A DNA stretch of 63,484 nucleotides, filler included, from Octopus bimaculoides (lineage: Eukaryota): NCBI RefSeq assembly GCF_001194135.2. It is 9 parts of 8 records of this genome, joined end to end, with 100 filler letters (N's around TTAATTAATTAA, not from the genome) between each part and the next. Parts side by side here need not be neighbours in the genome. Positions count along the whole stretch, not along the records: positions 1 to 12,698 come from NC_069008.1; 8 more parts are not named here. One strand, 5' to 3'. The number at the start of each line of letters is the position of its first letter. Positions within the stretch are counted from its first letter, which is position 1. Below, one piece after another: positions 1 to 11,599 of this stretch. The notes beneath the pieces are model-generated. The model was not told the DNA's origin and did not search any database. It saw only the letters and a program-made list of their open reading frames with translations. Made by a program: the position numbers and the translations under genes.

Positions 1-47
<47 letters not shown>

Positions 48-105
48 GTATGTATATATACATATATATATAGGTATATACATTTTCATATATACATGCA
101 CACTT

Positions 106-167
<62 letters not shown>

Positions 168-595
168 GGATAGGCACACACGCACCCACAGGCGCCAGTC
201 GACACATGCATGCAAACTAACAAAAATATACGTGTTACAACATGTATGCTGGTGTGTGTATATATTAATAGGAGTACATGTAAGGATAGGCAAGTTACGC
301 AAATCGATATACAGAATGGAAATGATATCAGGAATTAAGAGCGTTGAACAGGAGTTTTACGACACCAACAGCTGTTACTGGAGGTTTGGTGATACAAAAT
401 AATGCTTGTAGCTTGATTCCATCATTGAATACTACCAGCCTCTGAATTAGGGAAGAATTTCATCTGGCCTAACTTGTTTGTCGCTACATTTACTCCTCTA
501 CCTGCTCAAGTTCAAATTTCTTGAGCACTACGGAGTGTATTCTACACAGAGAATACCTGTCCTCCAATATATATACATCTATTTATATGTGTATA

Positions 596-632
<37 letters not shown>

Positions 633-783
633 TTCGTTTTGGGATTTGGTTTGCAAGATTTTTTATGTGATTTCGTGTGTTGAAGCATATTCTGTTGTGT
701 CTGGGGAGAGTCATTTTCTCATTGTGCCTTAAAATTTAACACACTCACCGTTAAAATTTCCACTTATTTTTCTTTTTATTTAC

Positions 784-820
784 CTAAAATTTTCGTTGCA
801 TCTTGCAACTTTATCAATAG
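784..820 (-). ncRNA. Candidate minimal hammerhead with U3-A8 core variant
   Basis: Minus strand reads cta-TTGATAA-A-gttgca(aga)tgcaac-GAA-AATT-T-tag: perfect 6-bp stem II, palindromic AATT stem III, 3-bp stem I, and both C3>U and G8>A changed. Confidence 0.45.
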
Positions 821-1463
821 TCTTGACTGTCTTCAACGGAACAGCCTGCTCGTGAAATTAACGTGNNNNNNNNNNNNNNNNNNNNNNNNNNNNNNNNNNN
901 NNNNNNNNNNNNNNNNNNNNNNNNNNNNNNNNNNNNNNNNNNNNNNNNNNNNNNNNNNNNNNNNNNNNNNNNNNNNNNNNNNNNNNNNNNNNNNNNNNNN
1001 NNNNNNNNNNNNNNNNNNNNNNNNNNNNNNNNNNNNNNNNNNNNNNNNNNNNNNNNNNNNNNNNNNNNNNNNNNNNNNNNNNNNNNNNNNNNNNNNNNNN
1101 NNNNNNNNNNNNNNNNNNNNNNNNNNNNNNNNNNNNNNNNNNNNNNNNNNNNNNNNNNNNNNNNNNNNNNNNNNNNNNNNNNNNNNNNNNNNNNNNNNNN
1201 NNNNNNNNNNNNNNNNNNNNNNNNNNNNNNNNNNNNNNNNNNNNNNNNNNNNNNNNNNNNNNNNNNNNNNNNNNNNNNNNNNNNNNNNNNNNNNNNNNNN
1301 NNNNNNNNNNNNNNNNNNNNNNNNNNNNNNNNNNNNNNNNNNNNNNNNNNNNNNNNNNNNNNNNNNNNNNNNNNNNNNNNNNNNNNNNNNNNNNNNNNNN
1401 NNNNNNNNNNNNNNNNNNNNNNNNNNNNNNNNNNNNNNNNNNNNNNNNNNNNNNNNNNNNNNN

Positions 1464-1623
1464 TATACGACGGGCTTCTTTCAGTTTCTGTCTACCAAAT
1501 CCACTCACAAGGCTTTGGTCGGCCCGAGGCTATAGTAGAAGACACTTGCCCAAGTTGCCACGCAGTGGGACTGAACCCGGAACCATGTGGTTGGTAAGCA
1601 AGCTACTTACCACACAGCCATAT
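1464..1623 (-). mobile_element. tRNA-derived SINE head, family A
   Basis: Pol III-box-like head (ggttccgggttcagtcccac) ending gaagcccgtcgtata. Homologous copies at 12934-13092 (-), 20680-20841 (-) and 55370-55520 (+). Confidence 0.75.
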
Positions 1624-1982
1624 ACGTACATGTGTGTGTGTGTGTGCGTGTGTGTACAATTCAAAATTAGGTTAACTTGTAAAAGTAGAGGAAATGTACA
1701 GTCAGGGGTTAAAATTACTGGTAAAGTCAAAGCGTATTCAAGCGCAGGTTATAATAAATTGTTAGAGTAAATAGTCGGATAAGATAACAGGTGACATCGG
1801 GAGAGATATTATAGAAATTATTATGAAGCCTGTTAATGATCTTCTATTACGGTTAGAGAAAGTCAACGAGATGACAAGACCTTAAGCACACGATCTCTAA
1901 GGTTACTGAAGAGGATACGCACTGAAATCAACCCCGAAAGGGCTGCTCACTCCCCCACCCTCCCTCTCTCTGTCTCTGTTTG

Positions 1983-2013
<31 letters not shown>

Positions 2014-3468
2014 ACGCACACACACACACACTCATNNNNNNNNNNNNNNNNNNNNNNNNNNNNNNNNNNNNNNNNNNNNNNNNNNNNNNNNNNNNNNNNN
2101 NNNNNNNNNNNNNNNNNNNNNNNNNNNNNNNNNNNNNNNNNNNNNNNNNNNNNNNNNNNNNNNNNNNNNNNNNNNNNNNNNNNNNNNNNNNNNNNNNNNN
2201 NNNNNNNNNNNNNNNNNNNNNNNNNNNNNNNNNNNNNNNNNNNNNNNNNNNNNNNNNNNNNNNNNNNNNNNNNNNNNNNNNNNNNNNNNNNNNNNNNNNN
2301 NNNNNNNNNNNNNNNNNNNNNNNNNNNNNNNNNNNNNNNNNNNNNNNNNNNNNNNNNNNNNNNNNNNNNNNNNNNNNNNNNNNNNNNNNNNNNNNNNNNN
2401 NNNNNNNNNNNNNNNNNNNNNNNNNNNNNNNNNNNNNNNNNNNNNNNNNNNNNNNNNNNNNNNNNNNNNNNNNNNNNNNNNNNNNNNNNNNNNNNNNNNN
2501 NNNNNNNNNNNNNNNNNNNNNNNNNNNNNNNNNNNNNNNNNNNNNNNNNNNNNNNNNNNNNNNNNNNNNNNNNNNNNNATTCAACAACATATCAATTACA
2601 ATTAAAAAAACAACAAATTCATTATAACAGACAAAATAATTAGATAAGTATAATCTACAGCTATCGAAATATATTTCTATATATCTCAAATAATATTAAT
2701 CCAAACTCGTTTATGTCGAAGCCTAGCAGCAGGTATAAAAAGGGGAATTTGACATGACAGTCAGTCGGACGCTGACACTCGTTGATGCTGCATCGAAGAG
2801 GCCAAGGAATAGAAGAAAGAAGACATGCACCCAACACCAGAGCTGAAGACACCTCCGAAAGTGGGGGGGCACGTCAAAACGGTAGAGGAGTAGGGGCCGA
2901 AACCGGACGTGGTTCCTCCTGATGATGTCTTAAGCTAACTGGATCCTATAAAGGAGCTGTTGTGGTAGCAGATCACGAAACATGGTTGAAATTCCTCAGA
3001 TAACATACAATAATAATATATATATGCATATAATTAAGTATCAGGGTATTACTTAAACTAGAAACTGTAATAAAACGTTTAAAAAAATATAAATGATAAT
3101 TATATTGGTAATATATAAGAACTCTTCTCTTTACTAAAGTTATTGATATAAAAAATTTGTTTAAAGCAACTAACAAAAAATGTTCTTTATTTATTTAGTT
3201 TATCGGAAGGAGAATTCCGAAATAAATATGAAGAGAAACCTAACAAAAATGTTCTTTATTTACTTAATTTATCGTAGGGATAATTCTGTAATACATATGA
3301 AGATAAACTTAGAGCTACAAACAGTATAACCTAAAATACTCCATAGATATAGAGTTAGGCTATAATAATGGACATCAAAATATTACTAGTTTTTTTTAGA
3401 AGTAACCACATTTGAAGTTACTTAAATAAGGATTATTATTTGTATAATATGGAAGGGAGAACTCAATG

Positions 3469-3824
3469 GATGATTCTAAGCTTCTGAATTAGAATTTTCG
3501 TAGCTGATTCTAAGTTTCGGAATTCAAATTTCCGTGGATGTCTCTAGGCTTCTGACGGTCGCTTAGAGAGCATCAGAATTTTTGTGGATGACTCTAAACT
3601 CCTGATGATCGTCTTGAAAGCGCAGAATTTTTGTGGACGACTCTAAGTTTTTGAATTAGAATTTTCGGAGACGACTCTAAGCGTCTGATGCTTGCCTAGA
3701 GTTTTTGCGGACGACTCTAACTTTCTGAATCACAATTTTCGTGGATGATTCTAAGCTTTTGATGATCGCCTAGAGGGTGTAGAATTTACGTCGATGACTC
3801 TAAGCTTCTGATGATCGCCTGAGC
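3469..3824. repeat. Composite minisatellite
   Basis: Nine ga(t/c)ga(c/t)tctaag anchors separated by ~34-bp or ~40-50-bp units. Confidence 0.8.
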
Positions 3825-3829
3825 ACGCC

Positions 3830-4052
3830 ACAGACACGTGTACCTTTAACATAGTTCTCAGGGAAATTCAACATGATACTGAATGTGACAAGGTTGGCCG
3901 AGTGAACTACAGGTACTACTCATTTTGCCAGCTGAGAGGAACGGAGCAATGTGAAATAAAGTGTCTTGTTCGAAGATACAACACGCTGCTGGGAATCAAA
4001 CTCCCGACCTTACGATTGTTAGCCTAATATACTTATCACTAATCCATGCGTC
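3830..4052 (-). mobile_element. tRNA-derived SINE, family E
   Basis: Contains gagcaatgtgaaataaagtgtcttg...acaac.cg...ggaatc.aa, the reverse complement of a tRNA-like head. Related copies at 6120-6427 (-), 35040-35162 (-), 44640-44750 (+) and 62637-62710 (-). Confidence 0.6.
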
Positions 4053-4079
4053 ATCAGAAAATTAAAAATGAAGCATACC

Positions 4080-4495
4080 AGAGACCAATCGCAACAACAT
4101 AGATGGCATAACAGGTTTTAATTAATACGATCGACGACTCAAGGAGCTCAAACAGCGCCGTATCATTTGCATGATGTGGAAATTATTCCAACAGCATTTC
4201 CTAAATGATGTTGGCACCAATTTTCAAATTCACCCAAAGCTAGGATTCCGTGTCGTCCACCCTCTACAAAAATCAATTTGCATCACTTCACAACACTAAG
4301 ACGGAACTATTTCACCTCAACTGACCTTCCCCTTTTTAACATCATACCAAGACATATAAGAAAAGAAAATGATTTCTTAACATTCAAACAGTTCCTGAAT
4401 GGATATCTCCAGCAAATTCCAAAGAAACCTGCCAACACAAGGATATACCTCTGCAGACAATAATTCATTCTTCGAATGCGTTATGGCATCCAACG
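4080..4495 (+). mobile_element. CR1-like LINE, 3' end of ORF2 (decayed)
   Basis: Fragments IDGITGFN..RLKELK...IICMMWKLFQQHF...HHFTTLRRNYFTSTDLPLFNIIPRHIRKE...YLQQIP and QGYTSADNNS, with frameshifts. Confidence 0.7.
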
Positions 4496-4808
4496 GAAGA
4501 CTGCAACGTGTAATATCGTTAAATGACTTTCTCAGGTGGTTGGTAATGGCCGATGCCAACTCTGGCCGAAACTTATCTAAGTATCTAGGTATATACATTT
4601 ACGTACGTATTTATGTGCGTGTGTTACTATATATATATATATAGAGACATGTGTGTGTGTGTGTATGCATGTATGCATATATATATAATAATATTAGGGA
4701 CAAAATCCAAAATTACAGGTAAAAAACTCAATTAAAATCAATTTATAAAAATTAAAATTAAAATTAAATTGAGCCTTATAGATAAAGTATATATAAAATA
4801 TATAGTTT

Positions 4809-4916
4809 TAGGGAAAATAACCAAGTTTCAAGAACTCATCGATGAAAATCCACTATCACATATATGTGATAGTGGATTTTCATCGATGAGTTCTTGAAAA
4901 TTGGTTATTTTCCCTA
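4809..4916. repeat. 108-bp near-perfect palindrome
   Basis: Arms 4809-4862 and 4863-4916 with a single mismatch (4825/4900) and no spacer. The right arm runs into an N gap. The left arm continues into an AT-rich repeat (4686-4790) also seen at 40600-40695. Confidence 0.9.
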
Positions 4917-4937
4917 NNNNNNNNNNNNNNNNNNNTA

Positions 4938-5371
4938 TATACCAATATGCTGAGAATAGACTTTAAATCGTCAATCACCACATTACAATATACATTCACT
5001 ATAAATACACGTCGTGCTAGTAAACCTATTACCATTCACTTCGAGACTGGTAACCACTCAAAGTTGTGGTTCGTATTTTACATTTAGATATAACTGGGGT
5101 ACTTATGTGTACCCATGATTCTTGCTTCTGCTTTCTTTTCTATGGGTGCTTGTAAGTATTTCATTTATTTCTTATCGTATTCTCTACTGAAGAGGGGAAA
5201 ATCCGTTGGATAAATCCCGAAATTGATTCAATATAGAGATAACGAATTTTTTTTAAAAAAAAACCCTGTTAGCTTGCCTTCCTTGATTTCAGCACGACGT
5301 GTATTTACAGTGAATGTATATTGTAATGTAGTGATTGACGAATTAAAGTCTATTCTCAGCATATTGGCATA
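4938..5371. repeat. 81-bp inverted repeats flanking the hammerhead-containing segment
   Basis: 4938-5018 is the reverse complement of 5291-5371 with 4 mismatches. Confidence 0.9.
5181..5239 (+). ncRNA. Type I hammerhead ribozyme (Penelope-type)
   Basis: Stem I tctcta(5181-86)/tagaga(5234-39). Core CTGAAGA 5187-93. Stem II gggg/tccc extended by an atcc-gtt-ggat hairpin. GAAA 5219-22. Stem III Attg-att-caaT. AUA cleavage triplet, cut after 5233. Confidence 0.8.
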
Positions 5372-5986
5372 GAAATCTTTTTTCTTTTGCCCTTGTTTAT
5401 AATTTTCACTTTTAAAGGTATTTTAATATGCTGGCCACTTTGATGGCATCTTTTTGGAAAATAATTTTATCCTATATTAGAAATATATATACAGTTAATA
5501 CCACACATACCACATACACACAGAGTTACCACCACACACACACATAGAATTACCACCACACACACACACTAACGCACATACACACAGATGCCACCACTGC
5601 ATGCACACGCGCTACCACGAACACATACCCACAGACACACACTCAGTTACTGCCACACATACACGCTACCATACACACACGCTATCACACACACACATAC
5701 ACACAGATACCAACCAATCTTCACCCTCTCCTGTCCCAGAAAGCACTTTCTCTTTGCCCATCTACTTTCGGTCATTTCAAAAATGTAACCACACATGGAC
5801 TGTTGGCGATTTTTTCCTCCTTCTTCCTTTTCGTTTGGACTTTCCTATGTCTCCTATTTCCGAAGAAGAGCTATGCCCGAAACGTAAAACAACCACTCTT
5901 TCCTTCCCTGGGTGTCTTATTAGTACTTTGCATGTGCTACGTCCTTGTGTTGTTTTTTCTTGTCTTTTTTTCGTTTTTTAATCAAT

Positions 5987-6039
<53 letters not shown>

Positions 6040-6047
6040 ATATGTAC

Positions 6048-6108
<61 letters not shown>

Positions 6109-6426
6109 CCCATATATATATATTGTGAACTCTCCCGTCGTTAGACAACGTATGAAGATTCGGCAGTTTCTTACCGAACAAACCACGCAGATGATTTGTT
6201 TAGAGTGATCAAGTGTTTGTGTTCACCTAAGCTCACTCCCTCCATCAAATCGACATCACCTGTACAGGTGCACCGTGTGTGTCACATGTCGGATGACAAA
6301 ATGACCGTTGAGCAATGTGAAATGAAGTGCTTTGCTCAAGAACACGACGCAACACTCGGTCTGAGAATCGAAACCACGATCTCGCAGTTGTGAGTGCAAC
6401 ACCCTAAGCACTGAGCCATGCGCCTT

Positions 6427-6722
<296 letters not shown>

Positions 6723-6788
6723 ACATGTGGGGCGGACGGACAGACGATAGCTGAGTTGTACAATTTCAATTCCCGCGAGGAATAACGA

Positions 6789-6824
6789 ATCTAACGTTTC
6801 GGACCTTTGCACTTCGTCTGATAT
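6789..6824 (-). ncRNA. Decayed minimal hammerhead motif in a probable Penelope terminal repeat
   Basis: Minus strand reads atat-CAGACGA-A-gtgc(aaag)gtcc-GAA-ACGT-T-agat. U4 is mutated and stem II has a mismatch, but the layout equals that at 61508. Confidence 0.45.
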
Positions 6825-7618
6825 GGGATTTTTCGCTTAGCAGACATATTACAGATGAGGAAGGGAGGGGAGGAGAATCTAGTAAAGCCGTTTAATCGTC
6901 GTCATTGTATACCGGATGTTGTGGTTATGGGATACCAGAGCATCTGTGTTAAAGAGTTCAGAATGTGGGTCACGTTACCACTGGCCTTGTTTGTTTATGT
7001 TTATCTGTGTATTTGATGGCGTACAAATGTATTTTCTCGATGTGTGTTTTCCAATGTGTTTTTTATGCGTATTTTTAATTGTGTGTTTTTAATGCTTTCA
7101 TAGTATTTGTATATTTTTCGCATGTGTGCGTATATAAAGTTGTATGTGTGCGTGTGATATTTTGTGTGTCTGTGAGTGTACATGAGTAAGACTGAGTGTA
7201 TGTATGTATGCATGTATGTATGTATGTATGTATGTATGTATGTATGTATGTATGTATGTATACATGGTGTGTATGCTTATGTGTCTGAACGAATGAGGAG
7301 GGTGTACTTGTTTATGTATATATGTGTCTGTACGTATAATGTATATATGTGTGTGTGTGCGTGCGTTTGCATGATGTAAACGTATGTGTGTATGTATGTT
7401 GTGTGCTTATGTATGACGAGTGTGCATGACGTGTATATACGTACGTGTGCGTATGTACGTGTGATTAATGCGTGTGAGACTGCGTCTGTACGTGTGCGTG
7501 TGTGCGTGCGTGCGTGCGTGCGTGTGTGTGTGCGTGTGTGTGTGTGTGTGTGCATGGTTAAGACTGAGTGTGCGTATGCATGTATGTATATCAGTATATC
7601 AGTATACATGATGTGCGT

Positions 7619-8181
7619 GACACGTTGAACAAGTGTCTTCCATTATAGCCCCAGGTCGACCAATGCCTAGCGAGGGAACCTGGTATACGGAAACTAAGAG
7701 GAAGCCCGTCGTAGGCGTGGCTGCATGATAAGAAGTTTACTTCCCAACTATAAGGCTTCTGGTTCAGTCCCACAGCGCGACACGTTGAACAAGTGTCTTC
7801 CACTATAGCCCCGGGTCGACCAGTGCTTAGCGAGTGAAGTTAGTTGTCGGAAACTGCATGGAATCTCGTTGTAGGTATAGTTGTATGGAAAGAGATCTAC
7901 TTCCAAACGATAGACTTAGCTCCCATTACGCGACACGCTGAACAAATGCCTTCCACTATAGCCCCGAACCGGCCAAAGGCCAGCAGGTAAACTTGGTGGA
8001 GGGAAATTGCGTGGAAGCTCGATGTAGATGTAGCTGTACAGTAAGAGGTTGTTTCGCAACTATCCGACTCTGAGTTCGATTCTACTACCTGGTACCTTGG
8101 ACACGTGTCTTCTAATGTAGCCCTAGGTTGACCAAAGCCTTTTCGGTGAATTCGGCAGCAGGAAACAGATAGAAGCCCGTC
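7619..8181 (+). repeat. Head-to-tail array of about 3.5 diverged family A SINE heads (~160-bp period)
   Basis: gacacg.tgaacaa.tg.cttcca.tatagcccc recurs at ~7619, ~7779 and ~7932, and more degenerately at ~8100. The ends gaagcccgtc-like are repeated. Confidence 0.7.
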
Positions 8182-8376
8182 ATGAAGCCTAGGACTCATT
8201 TCGGCTTAGCTTTCTCCTTTCTGGTTTTGAGAAACCTAACTTCTCAAGGTTGTATGTCTGTAGTTGTATGTATGTATGTATATTTGAAATTATATATGTA
8301 TGTAATTATGTATGTATGTATGTATGTATGTATGTATGTATGTATGTATGTATGTATGTATGTATGTATGTATTAT

Positions 8377-8480
8377 GCTTGCGACGAATCATGGGAATTT
8401 CCTGGGAGGACAGAGTCTCCAACATTGAGGTACTTCGCAGAACCGAAATGCCCGGGATCGAAGCCCTCATCATGAAGAGA
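8377..8480 (+). mobile_element. RTE-clade LINE fragment
   Basis: CLRRIMGISWEDRVSNIEVLRRTEMPGIEALIMK is the characteristic RTE post-RT motif. Confidence 0.75.
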
Positions 8481-9564
8481 AATCGACCGGCTGATTCGTA
8501 CATTACAAGTGCAATCTGTGAGTGGAACAGTAAAATTATGCAAGACTTTTCTCAAGTTCCAAATGTGAATTTGTCTGTGTTAACTACATCACAAAGATGG
8601 AGCCCTGTATCTTTGTTGGAAACCGGCTCCCTCCTTAGTGGAAGATTTCTAATAATTTTTAAAAATAGAAGAGATGAAGAGACATATAGATACATACAAA
8701 AATACCCTGTTTATGTTGAAATTTCAATAACGGAGCCTTGGATCTAAGTTAGAAACCGGCACTTTCGCAATTGGCAAGAAATCTTGAAACAAAACTGCAT
8801 AATGACATTCATACATACGTTCATTCATTTATGCATATATACATACATACATACATACATACATACATACTTACATTCATTCATACATACATGCACACAC
8901 ACACACACATACACATACACACAGACATACATACATTCATATACAGGCGTACGCCGCTATTCTTACACCAATACAAGCCCATCCTCATTCACACACCAAT
9001 TTTTATGTAAACATTTCACTTTACATAAGTGTCCTGCTGACGTCATGTACAAGCTTGATGTGTGGTTATCATGGAAAAAAACTGTACCCCTTCCATCCCC
9101 ACCATCAACCTTATTCTTTAGGGAATCCCCTAATCATATTCATATCTTAGAAAGGTTCGTTAGTCTGTTGGCTCGGTCATTTGAGTGGGTTTGGCTGGTA
9201 TGTTTATAATTTTGTGAATTTATCTGCGATCATTATTATTCTTGTTGTTGTTTTATATGGCGGTGAGCTGGCAGAATCGTTAGCGCACCGGACGAAACGA
9301 TTAGCGGTATTTCACCCGTTGCTACGTTCTGAGTTCAAATACCGCCGAAGTCGACTTTACCTTTCGAGGATCATTATTATTATTATTATTATTATTATTA
9401 ATTCGTTTTGCAAGATTCCTGATGTGAAATCGTGTGTTGAGAGAGATATTGTTGTATTTCGAGATGGTCATTTTATTTATTTATTTTGCCAAATAAACAC
9501 ACGCACTTTATATATTTTTTCTTCACTCGTTTATTACTGTTATTTTATTATATTATCGCCTTTA

Positions 9565-10000
9565 AGGCGGCGAGCTACCAGAAACGTTAGCACGCCGGGG
9601 CGAAATGCTCATCGATATTTCGTCTGTCTTTATGTTCTGAGTTCAAATTCCGCGGAGGTCGGCTTTGCCTTTCATCCGTTCGGGGTCGATTAAATAAGTA
9701 CCAGTTACGCACTGGGGTCGATATAATCTACTTAATCCGTTTGTCTGTCCTTGTTTGTCCCCTCTATGTTTAGCCCCTTGTGGGCAATAAAGAAATAAGA
9801 AACGTTAGTATGCCGGGGCGAAATGCTCGGCGATATTTCGTCTGTCTTTACGTTCTGAGTTCAAATTCCGCCGAGGTTGACTTTGCCTTTCATCTTTTTG
9901 GGGTCGATAAATGAAGCACCAGTTGTGTACTGGGGTCGATCCAATCGACTGGCCCCATCCCTAAAAATTTTCGGGCCTTGTGCCTAGAGTAGGAAAGATT
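9565..10000 (+). mobile_element. Two tandem SINEs, family B
   Basis: Repeated gagctggcagaa..gttagcacgcc...ttctgagttcaaattccgccgaggtcgactttgcctttcatcc core. Further copies at 9259-9370, 12350-12545, 20060-20190 (-), 51700-51910 (-), 53620-53830 and 61220-61428 (-). Confidence 0.75.
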
Positions 10001-10244
10001 ATTTTATCGCCTGTCTATTGTCCGGAAATCGTGACATCTGTGACCTCTTTAGTGGCACTTTTTATTTCCGTGTGTGTTCCTGCACCACTTACTCCATTCT
10101 GCTCTTCTAAAATGTGTAACCTTATGTACACATGCGTTTGTATCCTTGTTTTATTTATTTATTTGTGTGTGTGAGTGTATGTGTGTGTGTGTTTGTGTGT
10201 GTGTGCGTTTTTGTGTGTGTGTGTCTTAGTTTTTAGCTGCAGTA

Positions 10245-10497
10245 TGGCCTTTCCCGCAGCCCCAACCTCTCACCCCATTGTGCTGCTGCAGCCCTAAGAC
10301 CCAAGAAAAAAATGGATACAGTTCCTTATTCCTCTGTGTATGTGTGTTCGTCCACGATGTTGCGATCGTGTGGCCTTCCCTCCGGCCCAACCTCTCACCC
10401 AGTTGTGCTGCTGCAGTCCTAAGATCCGAGAAAAAAAGGGTACAGTACCTGTATTCCTTTGGGTATGTGTGTTCCTCCACGGTGCTGCCATCGTGGT
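10245..10497. repeat. Diverged 126-bp tandem duplication, GC-rich
   Basis: tggcctt..caacctctcacc..ttgtgctgctgcag.cctaaga.c..gaaaaaaa...gtatgtgtgttc.tccacg begins at 10245 and at 10371. Confidence 0.85.
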
Positions 10498-10970
10498 AGT
10501 TGTTGTTTCTGTTATTGCCCTCGTCGGCACCACCGCTGCTGCTGACCGTGTTACTTGTGTTGTTGACATCATATGACCATCCATGAGGTCTCATGTGTGT
10601 GCGTTTGTATGTGTGTGTGGGGGGAGTTCGTTTCGTATGTATCCATGCCCTTTATATAGTTTTATTTATATTAATCTATTTCTGTCTTACATTTATCACA
10701 GGTATGTGGAAGATATATTTAAATATTCGTTTATTTATTTATATATTTATTTATTTACTTATTTATATCTTATTTATATATTTTTTATACATCTATTTCT
10801 ATTTCTCATAAGTATCACAGGTAAGTGCATATATATCTATTGTGTATATTACTCTCTATGTATCTGTATTATTTACGGTCTTTTTCCTTTCTTTTCTTTC
10901 CTTTCTTTTTTTCCCTTTCCCTCTCTCTTTACGTCCCTAATGTCTTTAGTCATGTGGTGTGGTGGTTGGT

Positions 10971-11590
10971 GGAGGCGCAATGGCTTAGTGGTTAGGGCAG
11001 CGGACTCGCGGTCGTAGGATCGAGGTTTCGATTCCCAGACCGGGCGTTGTGAGTGTTTATTGAGCGAAACACCTAAAGCCCCACGAGGCTCCGGCAGGGG
11101 GATGGTGGCGAACCCTGCTGTACTCTTCCACCACAACTTTCTCTCACTCTTATTTCCTGTTTCTGTTGTGCCTGTAATTCAAAGGGTCAGCCTTGTCACA
11201 CTGAATATCCCCGAGAACTACGTTAAGTGTACACGTGTCTGTGGAGTGCTCAGTCACTTGCACGTTAATTTCACGAGCAGGCTGNNNNNNNNNNGCGTTG
11301 TGAGTGTTTATTGAGCGAAACACCTAAAGCCCCACGAGGCTCCGGCAGGGGGATGGTGGCGAACCCTGCTGTACTCTTCCACCACAACTTTCTCTCACTC
11401 TTATTTCCTGTTTCTGTTGTGCCTGTAATTCAAAGGGTCAGCCTTGTCACACTGAATATCCCCGAGAACTACGTTAAGTGTACACGTGTCTGTGGAGTGC
11501 TCAGTCACTTGCACGTTAATTTCACGAGCAGGCTGTTCCGTTGATCGGATCAACTGGAACCCTCGACGTCGTAAGCGACAGAGTGCCAGC
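10971..11590 (+). mobile_element. tRNA-derived SINE, family C
   Basis: A box TGGCTTAGTGG and B-box-like GGTTTCGATTCC head. The long body is shared with 16671-16890 (-), 836-866 (-) and 44750-44935 (+). Internal 241 bp is duplicated across an N gap. Confidence 0.8.
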
Positions 11591-11599
11591 AACCAAACC

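Noticed and set aside
1901-1950. Hammerhead at ggttaCTGAAGAggat...cccGAAAggg
   Set aside because: Stem II pairs only 2 bp, and there is no stem III or stem I complement. At most a relic.
2840-3000. CTGAAGA/CTGATGA and GAAA motifs as type I or II hammerheads
   Set aside because: The required stems could not be formed.
10971-11046. tRNA gene
   Set aside because: A and B boxes are present, but the sequence continues into a repeated SINE body and I could not build a cloverleaf. The same applies to the other SINE heads.
11044-11535. Exact 241-bp tandem duplication (11044-11284 and 11295-11535)
   Set aside because: The identical copies sit on either side of a 10-N gap, which indicates unmerged contig overlap.
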